A stretch of DNA of 64,000 nucleotides from a virus. A model generated the notes under the pieces. It was not told where the DNA came from and made no database searches. It was given only the letters and a program-made list of their open reading frames with translations. Positions 44,548 to 53,010 of this stretch are shown here, piece by piece (the stretch's first letter is position 1; each line of letters begins with the position of its first letter). The DNA lies in IMG/VR virus record IMGVR_UViG_3300028841_000327; one strand, given 5' to 3'. The position numbers and the translations under genes were made by a program.

Positions 44548-44641
44548 TCGGACGGGTGCTCGAGGCGATGATCGTGGTCCTGGCGCTCGGCCTGGGCCTG
44601 AGCATGTGCGCGTCCGAGGAGCCTGTCGTCGTGGAGGCACG

Positions 44642-45265
44642 ATGACAACGAACTTCGACATGCACGCCATCCAGCCCCGCCAGTTGTGGATGAATCGAGA
44701 CACCGGGGTGCCGGCCAAGATCGTCTCCTACTTGGAGCGGCAGGACCAAGTGGTGCTGATGATCTCCAACGGCGGCGGTGCCGAGAAGCTGGACATCGCG
44801 ACGTTCCGCGGGGCCTACCAGTACCTCCCGCCCCACAAGCACAGCCTCACGAACCCACGCTTCCCGAAGACGAAGTCCCCCACCGCGAGGGTCACCAAGA
44901 AGCTGACGGGGCGCAAGAAGAGCCCGGAGACGGACCTCGTCAAGAGCATCCTCGCCCGCCTCGAGCAGATGCCAGGGGTCGCGGCCTGGCGGAACAACAC
45001 CGGGGTCTTCAAGGCCCCTGCGACGGCGACGACGCGCCGCAAATTCGTGCGCTTCGGCGCCCCCGGGAGCGGGGACATCTTCGTCGTGGTAGCACCCCTC
45101 GGCCGCTTCCTGTCGGTCGAGGCGAAGGCGCCGAAGGGGACGGAGCGCACCAGCCAGAAGCTCTGGCGGCAGAAGATGCGCCGCATGGGCGCAGCCTCGA
45201 TCGTGGTGCGCAGCGTAGATGAAGTGGTCGCGGCGATCGTCGCGATGCAGAACGACAAGACGTAG
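44642..45265 (+). CDS. VRR-NUC domain nuclease (possible Holliday-junction resolvase)
   Basis: AWRNNTG..G..GSGDI....GRFLSVEAKAPKG....Q..W.......G....VVRSVDEV. Confidence 0.85.
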   Translation: MTTNFDMHAIQPRQLWMNRDTGVPAKIVSYLERQDQVVLMISNGGGAEKLDIATFRGAYQYLPPHKHSLTNPRFPKTKSPTARVTKKLTGRKKSPETDLVKSILARLEQMPGVAAWRNNTGVFKAPATATTRRKFVRFGAPGSGDIFVVVAPLGRFLSVEAKAPKGTERTSQKLWRQKMRRMGAASIVVRSVDEVVAAIVAMQNDKT

Positions 45266-45298
45266 GCAGCGCAGGAGACCCCTGCTGAGGAGACGTGG

Positions 45299-46135
45299 AT
45301 GGCCCGCAAGACCAAGACCGAGACCGTGACCGAGACCAAGACCGAGCTGGCGCCGCCGCCCGCCCCGCCCCCCCCCACCACGCAGGCCGTCCCGGCCAAG
45401 GGCAAGGCGAAGGCGTCGGCCAAGCCCCTCCCCAAGAACGCGGGCAAGAAGGTGGCCGAGGCTGCCGGGAAGCGTTCCAAGGCCCCATCGCCCGCCCCCG
45501 CGAGCTCCACCACCAAGAAGAGGGTCATCAACGGCCACCAGGTCCAGCTGCCGGCCCCGCAGAGCGCCCCCTCTCCGACGGCCGAGCCGCCCGCGGCGGT
45601 GGCTCCCGCCCCCGCGACGCCCGCCCCCGCGTCGGACGGCTTCCGGGAGGTCAAGAGCACGGGGCTCGCACGCACCCTCATGCAGATCGAGCGCCCCTGT
45701 GAGGTCTGCGGCAAAGCGCTGACCTTCGGTGAGGAAGTGTTCGGTCGCGTCGCCACGATGACCGACGGCACCATGATGCGGGGCGACTTCCAGCCGCGCT
45801 GCCTCGAACACGGCACCGATCTGAACGCCCCGATCGTGGCGGGTGCCCCGGCGGAGAAGACCCCCCAAGAGCAGGAGTGGGAGGCAGTCCAAGACGAGTC
45901 CGATCTGATCAACGAGGCCATCCAGGGGGCGATGTCGGTCCTGCCGGTCCCGGAGAACCCGCCGCGCCGCGCGCTCTCGATCTACATCTGCTTCCTCTCC
46001 GGCGCCGCCCACGCGGCCCTCGAGATGGGCATCGACTACGAGCACGCGATCGAGGACTTCGCCAACCACTACGGCGAGATCCTCGAGCAGCGGCGGCGGG
46101 CCACGCAGCAGGGCGACAATGCCTCGCCCGCGTAG
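45299..46135 (+). CDS. Pro/Ala/Lys-rich protein with Zn ribbon
   Basis: Low-complexity N-terminus; CEVC...C..H. Confidence 0.55.
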   Translation: MARKTKTETVTETKTELAPPPAPPPPTTQAVPAKGKAKASAKPLPKNAGKKVAEAAGKRSKAPSPAPASSTTKKRVINGHQVQLPAPQSAPSPTAEPPAAVAPAPATPAPASDGFREVKSTGLARTLMQIERPCEVCGKALTFGEEVFGRVATMTDGTMMRGDFQPRCLEHGTDLNAPIVAGAPAEKTPQEQEWEAVQDESDLINEAIQGAMSVLPVPENPPRRALSIYICFLSGAAHAALEMGIDYEHAIEDFANHYGEILEQRRRATQQGDNASPA

Positions 46136-46139
46136 CCTG

Positions 46140-46400
46140 ATGCAGAACCGGCTCTTCATCTACGAGGAGCCGATCCGCACCTCCGCCGCCGCCCGCGTCC
46201 CCCCGATGTTCGGCTTCCGCTGCGACTGCGGGGAGTCGGCCTACGGGGAGCTGCCTGCGGACATCGAGATCGTCGAGGACGTGACCTCGCTGAGCGAGGC
46301 GCTGTCCGAGGCGGACAAGGACGGTCTCGAGGAGTTCCTCCGGGAGCACGAGGCCGCGAAGCACGTCGTTCAGCCCACGCTGATCTACGGAGGAAAGTAG
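46140..46400 (+). CDS. Hypothetical protein
   Basis: ORF. Confidence 0.5.
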   Translation: MQNRLFIYEEPIRTSAAARVPPMFGFRCDCGESAYGELPADIEIVEDVTSLSEALSEADKDGLEEFLREHEAAKHVVQPTLIYGGK

Positions 46401-46403
46401 GCG

Positions 46404-46856
46404 ATGCCGGAGGAGACCATCGGTACGAAGGCGGCCGCGTGGGTGGCCCGTGACCCCCACCGCATTCTGCGCAACGCCTGTCTCGAGGCGAAGGAGGAGT
46501 GTCCCGTCGGGACCTACTACGCGAACGTCGAAGACGCGCTCGAGGACATGCGCGAGTGGTTCAAGAAGTGGGCGCACCAGCTCTACTTCCCGAAGCTCGA
46601 CCAGCTCGCGAAGATCGCCATGGAGAACGGTTGGTGGCTCTGCACCAAGATCCAGATCGAGCATCGCGCACGGCCGCCCTACCCGATGATCATCCCGCAC
46701 GCGACGGTTTTCGTGGAGGCACGGACCGATGCGCCCGTCGGACCTCCGTTCGCGCTGGTTCCCTCGAGTCGGCACGGCGACCTCAAGCAGCAGCTGGTCG
46801 ACGAGGTGTGGCTCACTCTCGCGCTCGAACCGTGGCCCACGGCCTCGATCCGATGA
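46404..46856 (+). CDS. Hypothetical protein
   Basis: ORF. Confidence 0.5.
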   Translation: MPEETIGTKAAAWVARDPHRILRNACLEAKEECPVGTYYANVEDALEDMREWFKKWAHQLYFPKLDQLAKIAMENGWWLCTKIQIEHRARPPYPMIIPHATVFVEARTDAPVGPPFALVPSSRHGDLKQQLVDEVWLTLALEPWPTASIR

Positions 46857-47764
46857 TCGACGCGCCCTTCCCCTGGTACGGAGGCAAGTCGCTGGCGGCC
46901 CCGGCGATCTGGGACGCGCTGGGCGCCAACGTGGGGCACTACGTCGAGCCCTTCGCCGGGTCTCTCGCGACCCTGCTGGGTCGTCCAGGGGGTCCGGGGG
47001 TCATCGAGACGGTCAACGACAAGGACGCGCTGATCGCGAACTTCTGGCGGGCCGCGGCAGCCAACCCCGAGGAGCTGGCGAAGAAGGTCGACTGGCCCGT
47101 GAACGAGGCCGACCTCCATGCGCGGCACCTGCGCCTCCACGAGCGTCACGAGGCGATCCGCGAGGAGGTGATGACCGACCCGCACTTCTACGACGTCACG
47201 GCGGCGGCGTGGTGGGTCTGGGGGCTCTGCCAGTGGATCGGTGGTACGTGGTGCGACGGGAAGAAGCCGCGCCGCCAGCTGCCCAAGCTCGCCTCCCAGA
47301 ACGGGGTGCTCCGCAAGCGGACGGGACGCAGCGAGCTCGTCCAGTGGTTCTCCGACCTCCAAGCGCGCCTGCGCCCGGTTCGGGTGGCGTGCGGGGACTG
47401 GACGCGCGTGGTCACGGACAGCGTCCTCTTCTGCCAGCAGAACGGTGCGGCGACGACCGTCGGTGTGCTCTTGGACCCTCCCTACGCGAAGGGGGACATG
47501 GACTACGCGGCCGGAGGCGTGGGCGGCGCGCTGGCGGAGGACGTCCGGAAGTGGGCAGTCGAACGCGGGGAAGACCGCCGCCTGCGCATCGTGCTCTGCG
47601 GGCTCGAGAGCGACCACGAGATGCCTACGGGCTGGCGCAAGGTCCTCTGGTCGGCGAAGAACGGTTCCCGCGGCGTCCGCTCGAACGGCCAGAGCGAGTG
47701 CCTCTGGCTCTCCCCTCACTGTCTCGGCAACCGTCAGCCCACCCTGTTCCAAGGATTCCTATGA
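46853..47764 (+). CDS. DNA adenine methyltransferase (Dam/D12-like)
   Basis: PFPWYGGK, YVEPFAGS, ETVND, LDPPY. Confidence 0.9.
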   Translation: MIDAPFPWYGGKSLAAPAIWDALGANVGHYVEPFAGSLATLLGRPGGPGVIETVNDKDALIANFWRAAAANPEELAKKVDWPVNEADLHARHLRLHERHEAIREEVMTDPHFYDVTAAAWWVWGLCQWIGGTWCDGKKPRRQLPKLASQNGVLRKRTGRSELVQWFSDLQARLRPVRVACGDWTRVVTDSVLFCQQNGAATTVGVLLDPPYAKGDMDYAAGGVGGALAEDVRKWAVERGEDRRLRIVLCGLESDHEMPTGWRKVLWSAKNGSRGVRSNGQSECLWLSPHCLGNRQPTLFQGFL

Positions 47765-48300
47765 GAGCGATCTACCTCACTCCGAACATCGAGACGCTGG
47801 CTGTGTCGGTGGGGCTGACCTTCCCGGAAGCCCTCCGCAACGTGGCGGCGCAGGGGGCAGACGAGAGCCCACAGCTCCGCAGCCTCATGCCCGCGATGCT
47901 TGAGCTGACGATCAACGAAGTGAGCAGGCACGTTGCGTCACAGCACGAGCGTCTGGTGCAGACCCTCACGGTGACGGACATGGTGGGCCGCGCGCGGGCG
48001 ATCTACGCAATCCTGCACGACATCGCGCGCTGCGACGACATCGTCTGGAAGCTGCGCCGTGCGCACGAGTTGTGGGGTGACGGGAGCGAGATGGCGTCCG
48101 GGCAGAGGGCGGAGGCCATCAAGGCCGTCAGCAGTCTCGCGCTGCTCCCGATCACGGACGGGCGGTTGCACACGTGGGCCGTCGGGGCTGCCGAGACGAT
48201 GGCGGTGGTGCTGGTGCGGTCTCTGTCCACCATGCGGATGCTCGAGCCCGCGGAACGTCCGCCCAAGCAGATGGAGACGGAGGAGGCCGAGACGTCGTGA
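47761..48300 (+). CDS. Hypothetical protein
   Basis: ATGA-coupled ORF. Confidence 0.5.
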   Translation: MRAIYLTPNIETLAVSVGLTFPEALRNVAAQGADESPQLRSLMPAMLELTINEVSRHVASQHERLVQTLTVTDMVGRARAIYAILHDIARCDDIVWKLRRAHELWGDGSEMASGQRAEAIKAVSSLALLPITDGRLHTWAVGAAETMAVVLVRSLSTMRMLEPAERPPKQMETEEAETS

Positions 48301-48749
48301 AGATCCTGACCTGCACCGAGGGGGAGCGCGAGCTGCTCGACACCGTCCTCGCGTGGTCGCGCGCGCTCGCCGCGTGCGAGAAGGCCCACGCGCAGGGCGA
48401 CGAAGCGCGGCGCGTTCAGCAGGCGAACCTCGCCCACGGCACGCTGCACCCGCGCATGGTGACGCTCGCGGCGCGGGAGAGCCGCTGCACGTGGGCGTTC
48501 CACCCCTCGTTGAAGGTGTCTCACGGGCAGGCGGCCTACGTGCCGCAGTGGATGATCGACCAGTACGAGCGCAACAAGACCCACCCCGACCGAGAGCCCG
48601 GGTGTCCAGGCTGCGACCTCTTCGGGATCTGCGCGTGGCACCTGACGCCCCCGGAGAACCGTGCCCGCCGCGGTCACCCGCGGGCCATGGGCGCGGCCGC
48701 CGAGAAGCCGAAGAAGCGGTCCCGCGCGAAGGCCGCGGAGATCGGCTAG
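48297..48749 (+). CDS. Hypothetical protein
   Basis: GTGA-coupled ORF. Confidence 0.45.
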   Translation: MKILTCTEGERELLDTVLAWSRALAACEKAHAQGDEARRVQQANLAHGTLHPRMVTLAARESRCTWAFHPSLKVSHGQAAYVPQWMIDQYERNKTHPDREPGCPGCDLFGICAWHLTPPENRARRGHPRAMGAAAEKPKKRSRAKAAEIG

Positions 48750-48761
48750 ACTGGGGGCACG

Positions 48762-49430
48762 ATGCCGTTCAAGGTCGGACCCGATGGCAAGCAGTTGCGT
48801 GGCCTGGCCTGCGTGCCCCCCGAGGAGCGCAAGAAGATCGCGAGCAAGGGGCAGAAGGCAGCTCGAGCGAAGGGCGGCTGCTACCAGTTCGACCACGAGA
48901 CGGCGGTCCGAGCGGGCCACAAGGGTGGGGCAGCTCCGAAGCGTCGCTTGAAGACGATCGAGGAGATCACGGAGCGGACGGAGGTGGCGATCGCCTCCGC
49001 GAAGCACGACGCGAACGAGATGCGCCGTCTGATCGGCACCATCGCGGAAGAAGTCGCCGAGGTCGAGCAGATGGCGGCGGCCGCCGAAGGCCGTCCAGTC
49101 TCGCCCGAGCAGGCGGCCGCGGCGGAGGATGCGCTTGTCAAGTGGACCCGTGGGCAGCTCCCAGCGCCGGTGGTGACCGCGCTCGGCCGCTTCGGTGGAG
49201 CTCAGGACGAGTTCGCGCGTCAGGCTCGGGTGGCCGAGAAGCTCCGCCAGCAGCTGGCCGAGGTGCAGCGTCGCTCTGCGATGGAGGGCGCGCCTCCGAG
49301 TCCGGCCGTGGAGACGCAGGCGATCGCGCGCGACGTCGCCAAGATGGAAAAGGCGATCGAGGCGACGCCTCCGTCGCAGTCGGTCTCGCTGTTCCGTCGC
49401 CTGATGGGTGGCCTCTCGAACGTCGACTGA
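48762..49430 (+). CDS. KGG-repeat (general stress protein-like) domain fused to a helical domain
   Basis: PEERKKIASKGQKA....G..YQFD.E.A.RAGHKGG. Confidence 0.7.
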   Translation: MPFKVGPDGKQLRGLACVPPEERKKIASKGQKAARAKGGCYQFDHETAVRAGHKGGAAPKRRLKTIEEITERTEVAIASAKHDANEMRRLIGTIAEEVAEVEQMAAAAEGRPVSPEQAAAAEDALVKWTRGQLPAPVVTALGRFGGAQDEFARQARVAEKLRQQLAEVQRRSAMEGAPPSPAVETQAIARDVAKMEKAIEATPPSQSVSLFRRLMGGLSNVD

Positions 49431-49433
49431 GTC

Positions 49434-49727
49434 GTGGGGAACGGGGAGGAAGAGGGCGACTCGCCCATCGAGCGACTGGCGAGGCTGCTCGAGCGGGCGG
49501 GAGCGCGGGTGACGCTCGACCACGAGCGCAGCACCGCTCGCCCGTGCTTCTTCTGTGGAGCCACGGCGGTGCGTCGTGACCTTTGCAAGGTTGGCGTCTG
49601 GGCAGAGGACCGCCGAGGCAACGTGCGTCGCGGCGACCCCATCGAGCGGCCCGTGTGCGCCGGTTGCCAGGTGGCACATATGGGTAGTTGTGGACCATGC
49701 GAGAACGCCGGTGATCCGAAAAAGTGA
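49434..49727 (+). CDS. Small Cys-rich protein
   Basis: CFFC...CAGC..H..C..C. Confidence 0.35.
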   Translation: MGNGEEEGDSPIERLARLLERAGARVTLDHERSTARPCFFCGATAVRRDLCKVGVWAEDRRGNVRRGDPIERPVCAGCQVAHMGSCGPCENAGDPKK

Positions 49728-49786
49728 GGCGGCGCTCGCAATGACCCTTGCGCGTTGGTAGAGCGTGATCTACTAGTGATCTCTGT

Positions 49787-49870
49787 CGGCGAACTGCGGT
49801 CGCCGTAACTCGAGGTCGTGGTTCACGGCACTCGAGAACCATCTTCGGATGGACCTCTCGCAATGCGAGA
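49787..49870 (+). ncRNA. Four-hairpin structured RNA or leader preceding the array
   Basis: CGGCGA/TCGCCG; CTCGAGGTCGTG/CACGGCACTCGAG; CCATC-TTCG-GATGG; TCTCGC/GCGAGA. Confidence 0.55.
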
Positions 49871-49908
49871 CGTAAGCCCACAACATTGCTGATGTGATTC
49901 GGTTACCT

Positions 49909-51171
49909 GTTGAGCGGCCTGCGTGGTGTGTGGATTCGTTCAGGCGCGCAGACCAGCACCCAGCGTACGCCCACCCGTTCCGTTGAGCGGCCTGCGTGGG
50001 GTGTGGATTCGTTCAGGACCTGGGGTCCGGTGCGGAAGGTCCGCTCGCCGCTTGGTTGAGCGGCCTGCGTGGTGTGTGGATTCGTTCAGGGCCCGACAGC
50101 TCTTCTGGGTCGCGGCCTGCGCTGTGGATTCGTTTGAGCGGCCCGCGTTGTGTGGATTCGTTCAGGGCGATCACATCGTCGACCAGCTTCTCGCGTGGTG
50201 TGGATTCGCTCAGGGCTCTGCGCGAACGAAGCTCGTTCAGGGGGGAAGGCCGACAGTTCTTCTAGGTCGCGGCCTGCGCGGTTGTGGATTCGTTCAGGGC
50301 CATGACCTAGACCAGCTCGCGGGTTGAGCGGCCTGCATGGTGTGTGGATTCGTTCAGGGCCACTCGGTCACCTCGTCAACCATTGCCTGCGTGGTGTGTG
50401 GATTCGCTCAGGGGCCTTCTCGTGTATGGCGTCCGGTTCCCAGTGAGCGGCCTGCGTGGTGTGCGGCGGATTCAGGTTCGCGCTCTTGGCCAGCGTCCGC
50501 ACGAAACTCGCCGGTTGAGCGGCCTGCGTGGTGTGTGGATTCGTTCAGGGGGAGCGGCTGCGAGCCCCGCGTGAAGTCGATGGCATGTTGAGCGGCCTGC
50601 GTGGTGTGTGGATTCGTTCAGGCAGCCTGCGTGGTGTGTGGATTCGTTCAGGCTCGAACTTCACGCTCGTTCGCAGGCCCGCGCTGTCGGTTGAGCGGCC
50701 TGCGTGGTTCAGGGTCATGCCGTCGCTGTCGTTCAGGAACTGCGTGCACGATGCCGGTCCTCTTGCGTGGTGTGTGGATTTGTTCAGGCACGACACCTGA
50801 CACAGTACCCAGCTCGACTGCTGAGTGGCCTGCGTGGTGTGTGGATTCGTTCAGGCTGGCGGGCCACCGACGGCTCGATCACGACGCACGACGCAGGAGG
50901 GCGTCCACGAATAGGCTCTGGACTTCGGGGTGCGTGGTGTGTGGATTTCGTTCAGGTGGCGCGACGTGAGCCCGCCTTCGCCCCATGTGGATTCGTTCAG
51001 GCCTCGAGCGCGATGGTTTACGGTCAGGCTCAATGGCGAACACCCCTGGAGTTTTTAGCGGCCTGCGCGGTGTGTGGATTGGTTCAGGCCCACTGGCTCT
51101 GCGGAAAAACGCCATAGCGTTGTTGGGCTGCGTTCGTTCAGGAGTACGTCTAGGGTAGCGGCCTGGTCAGG
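49909..51171 (+). CRISPR. Orphan CRISPR-like array, repeat GTTGAGCGGCCTGCGTGGTGTGTGGATTCGTTCAGG (36 bp), progressively degenerate
   Basis: Full repeats at 49909, 49982, 50055, 50323, 50514, 50587; 37-bp unique spacers at 49945, 50018, 50550, 50653; about a dozen truncated copies; no cas gene in the window. Confidence 0.85.
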
Positions 51172-51722
51172 GAGGGGACGCTTCGATGGATGACCGCAGG
51201 AGCCCCGCCGGGATAGCCTTGTGGAGGATCGTCAGGACGTCGCGATGCAGTCCACCTCCGATTGTGTGTCGATCGTAGGGTGTCCGCTCAGGCTATCTTG
51301 CCTCACGAAGATTCGCGCAGGGTCGTCGCGCACATGCTGGGTCGCCCAAGGGCTCTGCGTCAGGGGTCGCGGGTTCCTGTAGATGCAGGCGCAACGGCCA
51401 GGCCAATCCGATCTGCGTGTGTGGGGTTCTCAGGGCGAAGGCGCACTACCGCAGGGACCGCTGACCCCGGAGCTCGAAGCGCAGGTGACGGAGTCACGGA
51501 TCTTGGGCGAGCGGGCCTGAGGTTCTACGCACGTGCGGTACACAGCAGGGGTCCGGGCCAGTTCGCCGATACGTGCAGGACCCGCCAAGGCGTTGCGAGC
51601 AGGACACGCGCGCGCAGGTTGTACGTGACCGCTAGGCAGGGCACCAGTATCAAGCACATGGCAGGTGGACGAATCACGGCTTGGCGGGCTAGACCGCGGC
51701 CTGATTCACAAGACCCCGCAGG
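51172..51722 (+). repeat. Vestigial array extension with recurring CAGG
   Basis: CAGG mostly every 20-36 nt; remnants such as CTGCGTGTGTGGGGTTCTCAGG at 51413-51434. Confidence 0.6.
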
Positions 51723-51747
51723 TCGTAGCCTCGTGTCTCCGCAGCGC

Positions 51748-52254
51748 TCAGCCGCTGACGAAGTCGCGAATCTCGGCAGGGCCGAGGCCAGACAGTGCCC
51801 CCACGACGACCCAGTGTCGTGCGCGTGGGTCACGAGTCGGGATGGTCGCCAGCTCGGGGTTCGCCTCGGTCAGCTCGTCGTAGAGTCCGTCCACCAGCAC
51901 CTGCCGCTCGAGGTGGTCGCCCGCCTCGGCGAGCGCCATCTGGGCGCGGTCGGCGTCCACTGGGGAGACCGACAGGTGGTAGTGGTGCGACCCCATTGCG
52001 ATGGACGGGCGGCCGCGAGGCGCCCAGCGTCGCACGAGGTCGAGCCACAGCTCACGGTCAACCCGGAACGGTGTCCTGGTCGCCTGAGGGTCACAGTTCG
52101 CGCATGCGCACCCCACGGGGTGATGCACGACCAGCTTCTGGAGCAACGGCATCGTGAGCCCGACAGCCGCGAGTGCGGTGACGACCATGGAGTCGATCTT
52201 GGCGTCGGCCGCCACCTGGACGCCGAGGGCAGAGAGCTCGTCGAAGCGGGTCAC
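51748..52254 (-). CDS. Hypothetical protein
   Basis: ORF converging on the array. Confidence 0.5.
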   Translation of the reverse strand: MTRFDELSALGVQVAADAKIDSMVVTALAAVGLTMPLLQKLVVHHPVGCACANCDPQATRTPFRVDRELWLDLVRRWAPRGRPSIAMGSHHYHLSVSPVDADRAQMALAEAGDHLERQVLVDGLYDELTEANPELATIPTRDPRARHWVVVGALSGLGPAEIRDFVSG

Positions 52255-52263
52255 CGGACCATC

Positions 52264-52677
52264 CTACGATGCCCAGGCCGGGATCGTCCACGGAGGGTCC
52301 CCCTCGAGCCGCTCGGCCCAGCGCCAGCCTGCGTGGCCGCCCCAGAGCTGCCACGCGACCCAACCGTGGGTGTGATCCCGGTCCCAGCCCGGCCGATGGT
52401 CTACCTGGTGGCGACGGAACCAGTTTCGCATCATGCGGAGGGTCTCGCGCGGGATGCTACCGCCACGCGCGAGCGCCCGCGCGCGATCGAGCGCGCCCTC
52501 CGTCAGCCCTGCCCCTCCGAACCCTTCGTCCACGAGGCGGAGGCCGTCCGCGGCCGCCTTGGAGACCCCGGCGGGGATCTCGGCGACCGCGAGCCGGGTG
52601 GGGCGCACGGCGCGCACGGTCGACCGGCGCGCCCCCCGCCGCCGCTTGCGCGAACGCTTCTTCCGGACCGTGGCCAC
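52264..52677 (-). CDS. Phage hypothetical protein with basic N-terminus
   Basis: RA..LA.G..I..ETL..M..WF.RH...GWVAWQLWGG.AG..WA motif. Confidence 0.6.
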   Translation of the reverse strand: MATVRKKRSRKRRRGARRSTVRAVRPTRLAVAEIPAGVSKAAADGLRLVDEGFGGAGLTEGALDRARALARGGSIPRETLRMMRNWFRRHQVDHRPGWDRDHTHGWVAWQLWGGHAGWRWAERLEGDPPWTIPAWAS

Positions 52678-52686
52678 CCGCCGAGG

Positions 52687-53010
52687 TTAGCCGGTCTTCG
52701 TGCGGAGCGCGATCCCGTCATCGGCCAGGCGCTGGTCGCACCAAACCCTCGCGTCGGCCTCGGAGTCGCGCACGCACTCGACCGCCGGACCGTTCAACGA
52801 GCGAACCCGCGCACACCACCGGCCGTCGTCCAGTGGGAAGACGGCAGCACACCAGACCTGAGGGTCGTCCAGAGTCCGCCCGCGGACAGAGCGCAACGAG
52901 CCCTTGGGCTCGGACCACGGCGAGGCCGTGGGCGGGAGGCTGTCGCGAACGATGGCGACGTCGTCTCCCGAGAGCGTGGGGATGGCGGCGAGGATTTCGT
53001 CGAGGGTCAT
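52687..53010 (-). CDS. Hypothetical protein
   Basis: Coupled ORF. Confidence 0.45.
   Translation of the reverse strand: MTLDEILAAIPTLSGDDVAIVRDSLPPTASPWSEPKGSLRSVRGRTLDDPQVWCAAVFPLDDGRWCARVRSLNGPAVECVRDSEADARVWCDQRLADDGIALRTKTG

Noticed and set aside
44444-46159. Long antisense ORFs (also 15466..16902, 17033..18448, 48003..49679, 38145..39263)
   Set aside because: Shadow ORFs typical of high-GC DNA, lying opposite genes with recognisable motifs or coupling.
50359-50384. Self-targeting: spacer shares CTCGGTCACCTCG with 28852-28864
   Set aside because: Only 13 nt in high-GC DNA, which is expected by chance across many spacers.
49923-51117. Small ORFs with repeated VCGFVQ/LRGVWIRS peptides
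   Set aside because: They are translations of the array repeats.
49909-51722. TIGR-type array
   Set aside because: No fixed 36-nt dual-repeat period, no box C/D pattern and no Nop-domain gene seen; the left end has classical 36+37 CRISPR geometry.
51665-51730. Anti-repeat (tracr) downstream of the array (GACGAATCAC, CCCCGCAGG)
   Set aside because: Complementarity is short and discontinuous.
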